Positions 10,606 through 21,073 are shown, counted from the stretch's first letter. The stretch: 64,000 nt of DNA from an uncultured Acidobacteriota bacterium (GCA_963745965.1 CAVUZC010000006.1:148895-212894), one strand, 5' to 3'. Numbers and translations are program-made. Notes: generated by a model from the sequence alone, not told the origin.

Positions 10606-11721
10606 ATGATGAAATCCGGCAGGGCATACATCAAGAAACTGGGAGCGACCCTGTTGACGGAGGGCCTGGACCCGGGTCAGGCCGGCATGGCGGTCGGCTT
10701 GGGTATCTTCATCGGCATCGTACCCATCTACGGTTTGCAGTCTCTGGCTGCTATCGGCCTGGCGATCGTCTTTCGCCTCAACAAACCTTTGACGTTGGCC
10801 GCAACCTTCATCAACAATCCCATCCTTCAACCTTTTCTCGTCATCGCATCGGTCGAGTGCGGCAGCTTGCTGCGCACCGGCTCTCTCCACCCATGGCATC
10901 TGGCGGGCTTCACCACCGCTGCCTTGCGCAACGATCTGGTTTCGTGGGCGCTGGGCAGCGTGGTTCTGGGAGTGGTTGCGGGCGCTGCCGGGACCGTGAC
11001 CACGATGGTTACCGTCGCATGGCTGCGGCCATCGAACTCCGGGCTGCGACGGGGTCCCGGTTTGCGCGCGCGGGTCCGCTTTGTGAATGGCATTTACGCC
11101 GCCGCGCCGCGGTTCGATCGCGGATTCGTGCGCTGGAAGATGCGGCTGGACAAGATATTCTCCCTCCTTGCTGCGGAAGGAATGGGATCGGGTACTGCCG
11201 TGGACCTTGGCTGTGGCTATGGGATGGCCTTGTGCTTTGCCGCTTACGGCCAGGAGGGGCGGCAGCTTGCAGGCTGCGACCTCGACCGGCGGCGCATCGG
11301 CGTGGCGCAAAAGGCGCTGGCCGGCGTTCGACGCCAAGGTTGAGGTGTGCGATGTGCGGCAATACCCATTGCCTGGTGCCGGCTTGATTCTGATTCTCGA
11401 CGTACTGCAGTACCTGACCGCCGAGGAGCAGTTGGCCCTGTTGGCCCGCTGTTGCGTGGCTTTGGAACCGGGAGGAAAGTTCGTCTTTCGCGTGCATGAC
11501 CGGGAGCACGGCGTGCGTTCGGCCATCACCATCGCTTTCGACAAGCTGATCTTCAAGATCGGCAGCGCGTCCACTCGGCCTTTGGTGCTTTCGCCGGAGC
11601 ATACCGTGCGGCGCTCGAAGCGGCAGGGATGCAGGTGCGCATGAAGCGCTTCTGCAATCTTCTGCCTCTGGCGCACATTCTTTTTGTTGCCGAGAAGCCC
11701 CGGCCGGAGAGCGCCTTATGA
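10606..11721 (+). CDS. DUF2062 membrane domain fused to a class I SAM-dependent methyltransferase; frameshifted
   Basis: AVGLGIFIGIVPIYGLQ...FINNPI (DUF2062-like), then AVDLGCGYG, GCDLD, ILILDVLQYL and LEPGGKFV across frames; ends at the TGA overlapping the MMPL ATG. Confidence 0.75.
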
Positions 11722-14259
11722 TCGCCCGGCTCACGCGTCCCCTGGCGCAGCTAGTCATCCGTTGGCCCGGATGGATAGCGGCTGCGGCGCTTGTCCTGAC
11801 CGATCGTTCTTTACTCGCATATTCATGCTCTGCGCACCGGAACCGACCTGACCGGCATGTTCGGAAACAAGGATCCGCAATGGCAGGCGGTGAGCAAAAT
11901 CGGCAATGAGCTCGGCTACGGAAATCAGCTCTACGTGCTGGTGCTGGCGCCCGCCGGCGATGAAGATCGCAGCGACCAGATGGAGCAGGTTGCGGACCAG
12001 CTGACACAGGAGATGTCCGCAAGCGGACTCTTCAGGTCGGCGCGTTCGGGACTGTCGGAAGAGGAATTGCTCGGCATCGTCCGGCTGTTTTCCTGGAACT
12101 TTCCCGGCCTATGCGGACGCCGAAAACAGCCAGGCCATTCGCGACCGGCTCGATCCCAGGCAGATCCATGCCAACGTGCGCGCCGCTGCCACCGAATTAG
12201 TGACGCCTTTCTCGACTCTGGGCACAAACTACTTTGTTGCCGATCCTCTGGGGCTCACGGCGGCGGCGGCGCGAAACAAGCAAGGCTTGAGTGAGTTTGG
12301 CAACTTCGATTTCAACTGGGGCTCGGGAAACCGCTTCTTCAGCAAGGATCACAAGGCGTTGCTGATTATCGCCCAGCCGCGCCAACCTGCCGTCGATTAC
12401 CAGTTTGCTCACCAGGTGATGGACTGGACACGGCAGCACATCGCGTACGCCACATCCGGCTCGGTCGTCAGGGATTCAGGCGTGCATGCCGTCCCAGCCG
12501 GGGCCTATGTCTATTCCGAGGAAGACCATCTGTTCATCGAGAAGAACATCCGCCGCGTCTCGCTGGTAGCGATCGTCGGCAGCCTGCTGCTTTGCCTGGC
12601 GGTCTATCCCAATGTCCAGATCGTTGTTCTTGTCGCTTCTGCCCACGGGCCTGGGAATCCTTTGGACGACAGGAATTGCCAGCTACTATCCCGGCGAAGT
12701 GAATCTGATCAGCCTGTCGTTCATCGCCATTCTCGCCGGGCTTGGTGACGACCAGGTAGTGCATTTCTTCAACCGCTCGCCGCAGGAATGGGAGAAGGGC
12801 GGCAGCTTCAACGACGCCATGCTGCGCACCTTTGAAACCACGGGGACCAGCATCGTGCTCTGCATTCTGACTGCGGCTACTTCGACGGCCGCGCTGGCCT
12901 GTTCCGGTTTCAAGGCGCTGTCGGAGTTTGGCTTCATTCTCACGGTGGGCATGTTCATGACGGGATTGCACACCCTGCTGACGGTGCCCGCCCTGATGCA
13001 GTTGTGGGGACGATACATCAAGCCGCTCGCTCCCAAGGCCATCACCTTCCGTTTTCTGCCTTCCCTGGCGCGGGTCTCGGTGGATTTTGTCGGCCGCCAC
13101 GCCGCGCATGGTCGCCATCGCTGCCGGGGGCCTGTTTCTCGCGTCGTTGTGTCTGCTGCCTTCCATACGCTGGGGAGGTCATTTCGCCGTGACGAGCGGC
13201 ACGGACTCGCCCGGGTTGGCGGCGCAGAATCTGCTTTCGTCAAAGTACGGCATCGAAGGCAGCCCGGATGTGCTGCTGATGGCGGGCACCGAGGAGGAGG
13301 TTCTGCGCCGCGCCGAGAATCTGACCGCCGCACTAGGGGAATACCAGAGAAACGGCGTGATCAAATCGGTGTTTTCGCCATCGCAACTTTTTCCTTCGGT
13401 GGAGATGCAAGCGCAGCGCGCCGACTCCCTTAAGGGAGTCGATCTGGGCGCCACGGCGCGCGCACTCAAAGAGTCTTTAGACGAGAACGGCTTCCGTCCC
13501 GGCCCGTATGCATCCTACTTCGCGCGCCTTCGGGAGTTGAGCCAGAACGCGCAGCCGCTCACGCTCGAGAGCGCGAAGTCCTATCTGCCTGCCGACCTGA
13601 TGGAAAACAGCATCCGCCGGACGCAGGACGGCAATTACGTCGCCGCCATCGCCTTCTATGCCTCCGATCCCAACACTCCGCAGGTTATTCCCGATTCCGT
13701 GCTGAAGCAGTGGCGCATGCGATACGGTTCATTTGTCGATTTCTCGTTCAACAAAATCGACAGGGACCTCCAGAGCCGCGTCTCTCATGACAGCCGCCGC
13801 GCTCTCCTGTGGACGGCAGCGGCGATCTTCCTGATCGTGTACTTCACCTTTCGGCGTATGTCCACGGCTTTGCTGGTCCTCATGCCAATCGGCTTCGCCA
13901 TCGTGGTCACCTTTGGCATTTTGCAAATTGCCGGGCATCGTTTCAGCATGATGGCAATCACCGCGCTCCCGCTGATCGTGGGCATCGGCATCGACAATGG
14001 CATTCACCTGGTGCGCCGTTATCTTGAAAGCGATCGCGATCGCAACCGCATTCTCACGGTCGCCAAGGCTTCCGGCGCCGCGCTGATTCAGTCCAATTTG
14101 ACCACCATCGTGGGTTTTGGCGCTTTGATGACTGCCACCTTCAAGCCCCTGGCCGAGATGGGGTTGGTGACTTCGCTGGGCGTAGCTCTGACCCTGGCGG
14201 GAGGGTTCTGGTTGATTCCTGCCCTGCTGTACCTGAGGGAAACGCGCAGAGAATCTTAA
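11718..14259 (+). CDS. MMPL/RND family lipid exporter; several frameshifts
   Basis: Two repeated TM bundles with AGLGDDQVVHF and IVGIGIDNGIHLV, TGTSIVLCILT and SGAALIQSNLTTIVGFGAL, and F..L.EMG motifs, spread over ORFs 11857, 12176, 12612 and 13087. Confidence 0.85.
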
Positions 14260-14394
14260 CTTAGCTGGCCGCGAACCCCGGGATTCTCTTAGCTGCCGTT
14301 GGGGCGTTGAGTTACGATGCGCCCCAATTACAGACCTCCAGAGTGCGATTCGGTGTATACTTGCCACACATTCCAACACTGAGTTGAAGGACGT

Positions 14395-15966
14395 ATGTCC
14401 AGATCTGCTACGGGGGATTTGAACATCGATTTGGTAGCTTCTCTGTGCCCTGAGTGCGGGGCGCCGAGTACCGCGACCATCTTCGATCGTGCAGGAAAGG
14501 TCTACCAAAGGTCTCAGTGCGCTTGCCACGAGCCAGTTGAAGACCTGATTTTTTCCGACACAGCCCTCTACCGCAAACTCGACGAGTGGAACCGGCTGAT
14601 CTTTCCCTCTTCGCAGGTTGCCGGCAACCCTCCAGGAAATACGTATTGCCCGCAGGACATGAAAAGCGGGAACGAGCCTTGCCTGGCGGTGATCGATATC
14701 ACAAATCGCTGCAACTTTCGCTGTCCTGTCTGCTTTGCCGAAGCCAAGGGAGAAGGCAGCCATTACGCGCTTGATCCTGAGACCGTAAGAAAGATGCTGC
14801 AGGCCCTGCTGGACCGCCCCGTACCCTGCCGCAGCGTGCAGTTTTCAGGCGGCGAGCCTACCGTGCATCCGGAGTTTCCCAGCATTCTGCGCATGGCGCG
14901 GGAGATGGGCTTCACGCACATCCAGGTGGCCACCAACGGAAGCAAGTTTGCCGATCCCGATTACGCAAAACTCTGCGAGGATGCGGGACTCCACACGCTC
15001 TATCTGCAGTTCGACGGAATGAGCGACGAAGTCTACGTGAAGATGCGCGGCCAGCGCCTGCTCGACAAGAAGATCGCCGCGGTGCGCAGCATCGAGCAGA
15101 CCAACATGCGGCTGGTATTAGTGCCCACCATTATCGGCGGCATCAATGTCGATCAACTTGGGCCCATCTTCCGCTTTGCCCTCGAGCACAGCCGCTTTGT
15201 CACCGGCATCAGCGTGCAACCGGCGGCGCATGTAGGCCGCGTCGGTGTCGACGAAAATGGGGCCGAGCCCTTCAATCTTGCCGCCATGGCGAGGGAGTTC
15301 GGCGAGCAGACCGGGCTGACGCGCTTTCCCGACGACTGGTTTCCGCTTAATTCAATTGCTTTGCTGAGCCGGGCCATCGAACGCGTGCGCAACGAGCGCG
15401 TTCACCCCCCGCTCAGCGATGCGCATTGCTCCATTGGAACCTTCTTTTACATCGACGACAACAACCGGCCCTTCTGCCTGAGTAGCTTCTTCGATCTGGG
15501 CCGCTTCCTGCGCGGCATGGCGCAGGTGCAGTCCATGGCCACGCAGGGTTTGATCGGAAGGCAAATATCCAGGATCAGGCAGTTCGGCAGGTTTGCCACT
15601 TGTCTCAATCAGCGCAAGGCTCCTCCCGGGCTCACCTTCCAGCGCCTGATACGCAGTCTCGATGCCTGGGAGGACAAGGCGGACGGTCGTTCCGAAGGCT
15701 GGGATCGGCGCGGATTCAACGGCATCTTCGTGGCCGGTATGCACTTCATGGACGCGCACAGCTATAACCTGCGCCGGCTGCACCGCTGCATCATCCAGTA
15801 TGTCTCCACGGATGGAGAACTGATCCCGTTCTGTAGTTATAACGCAGGCGCACGGCTACGCGAGCAGGAAGAGTTGATTCGCATCAAGAACCGTCAGGCT
15901 GCAGCCCCGGCGCACCTGCCCGCCGCTGCCATGCCCGCCGGGAGCGGCGCGGCGCTCGACGATTAA
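14395..15966 (+). CDS. Radical SAM protein of the tetraether lipid synthase (Tes/GDGT-MAS, MJ0619) family
   Basis: N-terminal SLCPEC...QCACH metal site; DITNRCNFRCPVCFA; VQFSGGEPTVHP; IQVATNG; LYLQFDG; C-terminal HCSIG...GMHFMD...RCIIQY...LIPFCSYN matches the family as I recall it. ORF intact. Confidence 0.8.
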   Translation: MSRSATGDLNIDLVASLCPECGAPSTATIFDRAGKVYQRSQCACHEPVEDLIFSDTALYRKLDEWNRLIFPSSQVAGNPPGNTYCPQDMKSGNEPCLAVIDITNRCNFRCPVCFAEAKGEGSHYALDPETVRKMLQALLDRPVPCRSVQFSGGEPTVHPEFPSILRMAREMGFTHIQVATNGSKFADPDYAKLCEDAGLHTLYLQFDGMSDEVYVKMRGQRLLDKKIAAVRSIEQTNMRLVLVPTIIGGINVDQLGPIFRFALEHSRFVTGISVQPAAHVGRVGVDENGAEPFNLAAMAREFGEQTGLTRFPDDWFPLNSIALLSRAIERVRNERVHPPLSDAHCSIGTFFYIDDNNRPFCLSSFFDLGRFLRGMAQVQSMATQGLIGRQISRIRQFGRFATCLNQRKAPPGLTFQRLIRSLDAWEDKADGRSEGWDRRGFNGIFVAGMHFMDAHSYNLRRLHRCIIQYVSTDGELIPFCSYNAGARLREQEELIRIKNRQAAAPAHLPAAAMPAGSGAALDD

Positions 15967-16130
15967 ACAGAGTACCTGACGCTTTGAACTGCTGCGATTC
16001 CGGGCCCGCTCTTTAGTCGAAAGACTTCAACTTTGAGCCTTGAGGTCCACAGACCTGAGGAACAAACCTAAATCGGCGAAAAACTGGGGCCTGTGAACAG
16101 GCGCCGAAAGCAAGGAACTCCAGGAGCAAG

Positions 16131-19103
16131 ATGAGACCGTACGTCGTTCAAGGAAGCGGATCGCTCGCAACCAAGCGATACACTTTGTTGCTGGCTTGTT
16201 CAGCTCTTCTGATTTTGCCGGCGTTTGGGCAGGCCGGTCTGCCGCATCTTGCGGTCCCTATCTCCTCTTCCAACACCTCCGGTGAGTTAGCCGCCAACGT
16301 GGCGGCAGGCGTTGCCTGCGCGGCCCCTGGCTCTCCGGTAATCATGCCGGGCGCGGATTTCAACCTCGGCGCAAAAGCAGTTTCCGTCTCGCCGCTCGCC
16401 GGCCAGGCCGCAACTCTCGGCAATCTCCCATCGACCGCGGCGGTATGGCTGCATCTCCGCGTCGACTTCGCAGGACTGACCGGAAACGAATCGGAGCAGG
16501 AGCTCGCCGCGCGGGTCGACGCAGCCCTGAATCAGGCTCCGCTGGCAGCGCAGGGCGTTCGCGGACTGATTGTAGAAGTGAACGGCCCCGGCAAAGCTGG
16601 GGATCCGGTTGCCTATGCGCTCTTGCGCCTCGCCATCGGTGCGCGCTCGCTCAATCCAGGCCTGCGGATCGCATTCGCTTTTCCCGCCGGATTCGTCGCC
16701 GACCATGAATCTCTGGTCAAGCGCCTGGCCCCCTACTCCGATCTGCTGGGCATCGCTTTTTCGTCGCAATGGCGCGCCGAGGCCACATGGATTTCCGAAC
16801 AAGCCCTCAACAAGCCGCTGTTGCTCAAGCTGGACGCATCGGCCGATCCGGAAAAGGCATTTCTTGACGCCGCGATGGATTCCTCGGGCACCCAGGTGGA
16901 GATGCTGTGGACGGAGGCGGACCAAGCCTCTCTAACCGGCCGAATCTGCCGCCTCAGTAGCTTTCTTGTCCAGAACGTTCCCGCCGGCATGTTGCAGCTC
17001 GAAGGCTCAGCCGCGCCTTTGTCGCTCACGGTCGATGGCTCGCCTTCCGCCGGCGCGTTGTGGCTCACGAGTGGTCAATCGGCGGACTTCGTCGTACTGG
17101 CTCGTATCGGCGGCAGCCCGGATCATCCTCGCACCGCGCAGCTCCAATGGAAAAGCAACGCGCAGTACGATGCGGAGTGGTTCGATGCGGCTGCCGGCGC
17201 CTCTCTTGCTCCCGGCAAGCCCGTCGAATCCGCCGGCGAAACCACGCAAACAGCCTCTTCGATTACGGGCGCTTACGTTCTGATCGCTCTCCATCGCAAG
17301 AACCCTAATGAGACCGCGGTCTATAACCAGGTGGAAGTCAAAAGCGGTATCGAGCTCAACGTCCAGGAGATTATTGCTCGCTGGCAGCAATATCGAGACG
17401 CCCAGGATAGAAGACTCGAAAACTACCAGGCCTCCGTCTTCGTGAGCCTCCATTTTGAAACCGTCTCCATGGGCACGGGATTCGACGTCTCCATGAATAT
17501 GCGGCAGTTTTACCGCCGCGGCAAGCCGATGGAGCAGGCGCAGACAGGGTTCTATGTGAACGGCGTGCGGTTCGGCAACAACCACGCGTTTCCGCTGCCG
17601 CAGTTGGAGCCGGAAAAGGTGCTCACCCAGCCTCTGGTGCTCACGCTCAATGAGAGCTACAGTTACAAACTGCTCGGCACCGAGAAGATCGCCGGATCGC
17701 TCTGCTATGTCGTTGGCCTGGAGCCGAAGGTCGCCAGCGAGAACCTCTACAGCGGCAAGGTGTGGATCGACGGCGTCTCTTTCCGCGAGGTTCGCCAATC
17801 GCTCAGCGAGATGAGCAGTAAGAGCAACCTGGTTGTGAACGTGGAGACCGAAAACTTCGCCCTCGTCGACGACGGCAAGGGAGGCACGTTCAACCTGCCT
17901 CAGTCCTCCGCCGCGCAGCAGACGCTCAACGTCGCAAGCCGCGACTTTCACTTGCAGCGCACCGCCGTGTTTTCGGGCTATTCCATCAATGGCTCCAGCT
18001 TCGACCCCGATCTCGCGGCAGAACGCGCCTCGAACGATCCGATGTTCCAGGATACTGACCAGGGCCTGCGCTCGCTCAAGAAGGTCAGCGGCCAGCGGGT
18101 TCTCGAAACCGGCAGCGAGAAGAAGATTCGCTCTCTGGTCGGCGGCGCCATGTACTCGGGAACCTTCGATTTCCCGATTCCCTTCGCAGGCATCAGCATT
18201 GCCGACTTCGATTGGCGCCACACCGGCGCGCAACTCTCCATCTTCTTCGCGGGGCCTATCGCGGCCGTCAACTATTCCCGGCAACAGGGAACCAGATTCC
18301 GCTACGGAACAGACCTCGCGGTGTCGGCTCTTCCGGGCGAGAATCGCATCTACGTGGGCAACGTTGAGCAAACCGGTGAAGAGGTTTGGAGCTGGTCTGA
18401 GACCGTAGGCCAGCGCGCAACCTGGCTGGCTTCGGATCATCTCAGCCTCACCGCATACGCCTATCTCGAGGGCGACATCTACGCGGGAACCAGCGACACC
18501 TCCAGCCTGTACGTCTTGCCGCGCAACGGCGTCGCCCTGCTGCCCGGAACGCAAGTCCGCTTCACCGCAAAAGGCTACATTTTCACCGCCGACGGCACCC
18601 GCGGCCAGCGCATCGCGTGGAAGTCCTTCGGGTACCCCAACGCTCCGGAGCGCGCTGAGAGCGGATACACCCTCTACGATGGCGACCTCAACAAGGATTA
18701 CTATATCGGCAAATTCACCAAGGGCGGATGGGACATGGGCTACTACGGCGGCGACCAGCTCGACCGCTTCTCGCGCTACTTTCCGTGGCTCTTCTCCGAG
18801 CCGCACCTGCACGGCATCCCCGGCGGGACAGATTCCTTCGATGCCATCGCCATGAGCAGCGCGCATTATGGCTTCAACATCATGGATCTGTTCAAAATCG
18901 AAGGCCTCTACAGCTATGCCCGCGCGCGCAACCTGAGCGAGTCAAGCCACTTCAAGAAATTCGATGGCGCCGAGACCAACTTCAATATCGGTGGTCCCAA
19001 AGGCACGTTGATTCAAGGCACCGTCGGCTATGCCATCGACGGCAACATCGCCCGCTACAACTCCCGTTGGAGCTTTGACATGTTGATCTACAAGCCATTC
19101 TGA
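16131..19103 (+). CDS. Large secreted protein: N-terminal periplasmic domain, RseB/LolA-like middle domain and probable C-terminal outer-membrane beta-barrel
   Basis: Signal peptide; Y.Y.LLG.EKIAG..CYVVGLEP...YSGKVWID pattern of the LolA/RseB fold; aromatic and Gly-rich alternating strands; terminal Phe (LIYKPF). Confidence 0.55.
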   Translation: MRPYVVQGSGSLATKRYTLLLACSALLILPAFGQAGLPHLAVPISSSNTSGELAANVAAGVACAAPGSPVIMPGADFNLGAKAVSVSPLAGQAATLGNLPSTAAVWLHLRVDFAGLTGNESEQELAARVDAALNQAPLAAQGVRGLIVEVNGPGKAGDPVAYALLRLAIGARSLNPGLRIAFAFPAGFVADHESLVKRLAPYSDLLGIAFSSQWRAEATWISEQALNKPLLLKLDASADPEKAFLDAAMDSSGTQVEMLWTEADQASLTGRICRLSSFLVQNVPAGMLQLEGSAAPLSLTVDGSPSAGALWLTSGQSADFVVLARIGGSPDHPRTAQLQWKSNAQYDAEWFDAAAGASLAPGKPVESAGETTQTASSITGAYVLIALHRKNPNETAVYNQVEVKSGIELNVQEIIARWQQYRDAQDRRLENYQASVFVSLHFETVSMGTGFDVSMNMRQFYRRGKPMEQAQTGFYVNGVRFGNNHAFPLPQLEPEKVLTQPLVLTLNESYSYKLLGTEKIAGSLCYVVGLEPKVASENLYSGKVWIDGVSFREVRQSLSEMSSKSNLVVNVETENFALVDDGKGGTFNLPQSSAAQQTLNVASRDFHLQRTAVFSGYSINGSSFDPDLAAERASNDPMFQDTDQGLRSLKKVSGQRVLETGSEKKIRSLVGGAMYSGTFDFPIPFAGISIADFDWRHTGAQLSIFFAGPIAAVNYSRQQGTRFRYGTDLAVSALPGENRIYVGNVEQTGEEVWSWSETVGQRATWLASDHLSLTAYAYLEGDIYAGTSDTSSLYVLPRNGVALLPGTQVRFTAKGYIFTADGTRGQRIAWKSFGYPNAPERAESGYTLYDGDLNKDYYIGKFTKGGWDMGYYGGDQLDRFSRYFPWLFSEPHLHGIPGGTDSFDAIAMSSAHYGFNIMDLFKIEGLYSYARARNLSESSHFKKFDGAETNFNIGGPKGTLIQGTVGYAIDGNIARYNSRWSFDMLIYKPF

Positions 19104-19118
19104 TCGAGGACCGAGCCG

Positions 19119-19859
19119 ATGACGGCTAAGGACAAGACCGCGCTTGTAACCGGGGCATCGGGCACGCTGGGGGCAGAAATTGCCCTGGCTCTGGCGCGGA
19201 GCGGCTTTCGCGTGGCCGTGCATTACCACAGCAACCAAGCGGCCGCTGCGCGGGTGGTTCAGAGCATTCAGGCGGCGGATGGAGAAGCCGTCGCCGTGGC
19301 TGCCGACCTCTCGGAGCGCAACAGCGTGGCCCCGCTGTTTGCCGAAGTCGAAGCCCGTCTCGGTCCGGTCGATTGCCTGGTCAACAACGCGGGAATCAAT
19401 CGCGACGCCGTGCTGGCCCTTATGAGCGACGCGCAGTGGGACGAGGTGATCGACACCAACCTTCGCGCTGCGTACTTGTGTTCCAAATTGGCCGTCGTCG
19501 GCATGATGCGCGCCGGCGGCGGCAGCATCTGCAATATCGTTTCTCCCAGCGGAGTGCGCGGCCAGGCCGGCCAATGCAATTACTCCGCCGCCAAGGGAGG
19601 CGTGATTGCTCTGACTAAAGCTCTGGCCCGCGAGGCAGGCCGCTTCAATATCCGCGTCAACGCCGTTTGTCCCGGCGTGGTGCCCAGCCCCATGTCGGCC
19701 AGATACATCGAAAAGGAGGAACAGCGCCTGCTCGCCGAGATACCTCTGGGCCGCTTCGGTAAACCCGAAGAAATTGCGCCATTGATTGCGTTTCTCGCGT
19801 CGCCTCAGGCGAGTTACATCACTGGGCAGGTGATCGCCGTGGATGGCGGCTTGCTTTAG
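19119..19859 (+). CDS. fabG: 3-oxoacyl-ACP reductase (SDR)
   Basis: [45 protein letters not shown]. Confidence 0.9.
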   Translation: MTAKDKTALVTGASGTLGAEIALALARSGFRVAVHYHSNQAAAARVVQSIQAADGEAVAVAADLSERNSVAPLFAEVEARLGPVDCLVNNAGINRDAVLALMSDAQWDEVIDTNLRAAYLCSKLAVVGMMRAGGGSICNIVSPSGVRGQAGQCNYSAAKGGVIALTKALAREAGRFNIRVNAVCPGVVPSPMSARYIEKEEQRLLAEIPLGRFGKPEEIAPLIAFLASPQASYITGQVIAVDGGLL

Positions 19860-19940
19860 CAGGGCACACCGTTTCGGTGGACGGTGCCTCATCGATTGCA
19901 TTTCGCCGGAAGACGCTTCCGGCGCGAAAGGAGACGAATC

Positions 19941-20339
19941 ATGAGAAGACTTGTTTACCTGACTTTGGCATTCGGCATATTCCTCGCATTTTCGGGCAGC
20001 CTTGCAGCACAAAGGCTGAAGACGAAGGGACACGCGTGGCTCGATTCTCACACCGATCCTGCCGCGATCAATGTCGCGGGCAATTGGTATGAGCACGATT
20101 GGGGAACGATCGCCCTCATCCAGGCAAAAGACAGCCGGGAGGTGACCGGCTCCGGCGACGGTTGGAATATAGTCGGCGTGGTGAGCGGAAACAAGGTCTA
20201 TCTCCTGTTTTCCGCGCACGGAGAAGTCATGTACTCGGCAATCCTCACCGCCGTGAGCAATTCCGATTTGAATGGAAGTTATGAACGCGGGCTGATGAAA
20301 CAAGAGGGTAAGGGCAAGCGGATGGATATGACCCGGTAG
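19941..20339 (+). CDS. Small secreted hypothetical protein (paralog of next gene)
   Basis: Signal peptide MRRLVYLTLAFG; shares GxAWLD, DPAxxNVxGxW, QxKDSRxVTG and GVVSG with the next ORF. Confidence 0.7.
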   Translation: MRRLVYLTLAFGIFLAFSGSLAAQRLKTKGHAWLDSHTDPAAINVAGNWYEHDWGTIALIQAKDSREVTGSGDGWNIVGVVSGNKVYLLFSAHGEVMYSAILTAVSNSDLNGSYERGLMKQEGKGKRMDMTR

Positions 20340-20425
20340 TTAGCGAATGCCACGGGGCCGTCCAGTTGCGGCACTTTCCGTAATGGGGCGTTGAGAGTTT
20401 GTATCAACGTAAAGGAGAACGAAGA

Positions 20426-20851
20426 ATGAAACCATCAACCTATCGATTCCTACTTGTGGGCGCCGTTCTTTCGGCGGCGACTCTGATGTTCGCGGCTTCG
20501 CTGGAAAAACAGGGCAAAGCCTGGTTGGACCAATACAAAGATCCCGCGCAAGTCAATGTCACCGGAACCTGGAGCTCCAGCTTTGGCGCCCTTCAACTGA
20601 CTCAGGTCAAGGATAGCCGGGACGTAACCGGCAACGGCGGAGGATATGAGTTAAATGGAGTAGTGAGCGGCAGGACGCTCTATCTGCTCTTTTCCAAGAA
20701 TGGCACGATCGGCTACTGCGGCATCGTAACTGCGAGCAATGATACGAGCCTTGTGGGTCAGTATCAATACCGGCTATCGCACCTGCGTTTCGGTGCTGGC
20801 TCGGGTGTTTGCCAAACTAAGGGATACCCGCTGAACCTCACCAGGAAATAG
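20426..20851 (+). CDS. Small secreted hypothetical protein (paralog of previous gene)
   Basis: RBS-like AAGGAG upstream, signal peptide, shared motifs with 19941-20339. Confidence 0.7.
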   Translation: MKPSTYRFLLVGAVLSAATLMFAASLEKQGKAWLDQYKDPAQVNVTGTWSSSFGALQLTQVKDSRDVTGNGGGYELNGVVSGRTLYLLFSKNGTIGYCGIVTASNDTSLVGQYQYRLSHLRFGAGSGVCQTKGYPLNLTRK

Positions 20852-21073
20852 CAACTGTGGCAAAGCGGTAGCTTCCCAACCGGACGCGGGGTTAACCTCC
20901 GGCAGATGTTTAGGTCTGGCCGCGGTTGAAAGTGCAAGAGATGCACCGCTGGAGCCCAAACGTGTACTGATGCCAGTAATTGCTTCCGTGGAGCCGATCG
21001 AAGAGCAGCGCTCTTGATTAGCTCCCCGAGCATCGTTCTGGCCTAATTCGTCACTGCAAAAAGGAGATCTCTC

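Noticed and set aside
6322-14259. Hopanoid biosynthesis cluster (HpnR + HpnN-like MMPL)
   Set aside because: No squalene-hopene cyclase, hpnCDE, hpnG or hpnH in the window; neighbours are fatty-acid-type genes.
14395-15966. MoaA or RiPP-modifying SPASM radical SAM
   Set aside because: No moa genes, precursor peptide or PqqD/RRE nearby; the N- and C-terminal motifs fit the MJ0619/Tes family better.
8034-19859. Ordinary aryl polyene or flexirubin pigment cluster
   Set aside because: It shares the tailoring and export genes, but no KS/CLF, ACP, adenylation enzyme or ammonia lyase is visible, and Tes-like, B12 and activase genes are not part of those clusters. Not fully excluded because the locus is cut at nt 1.
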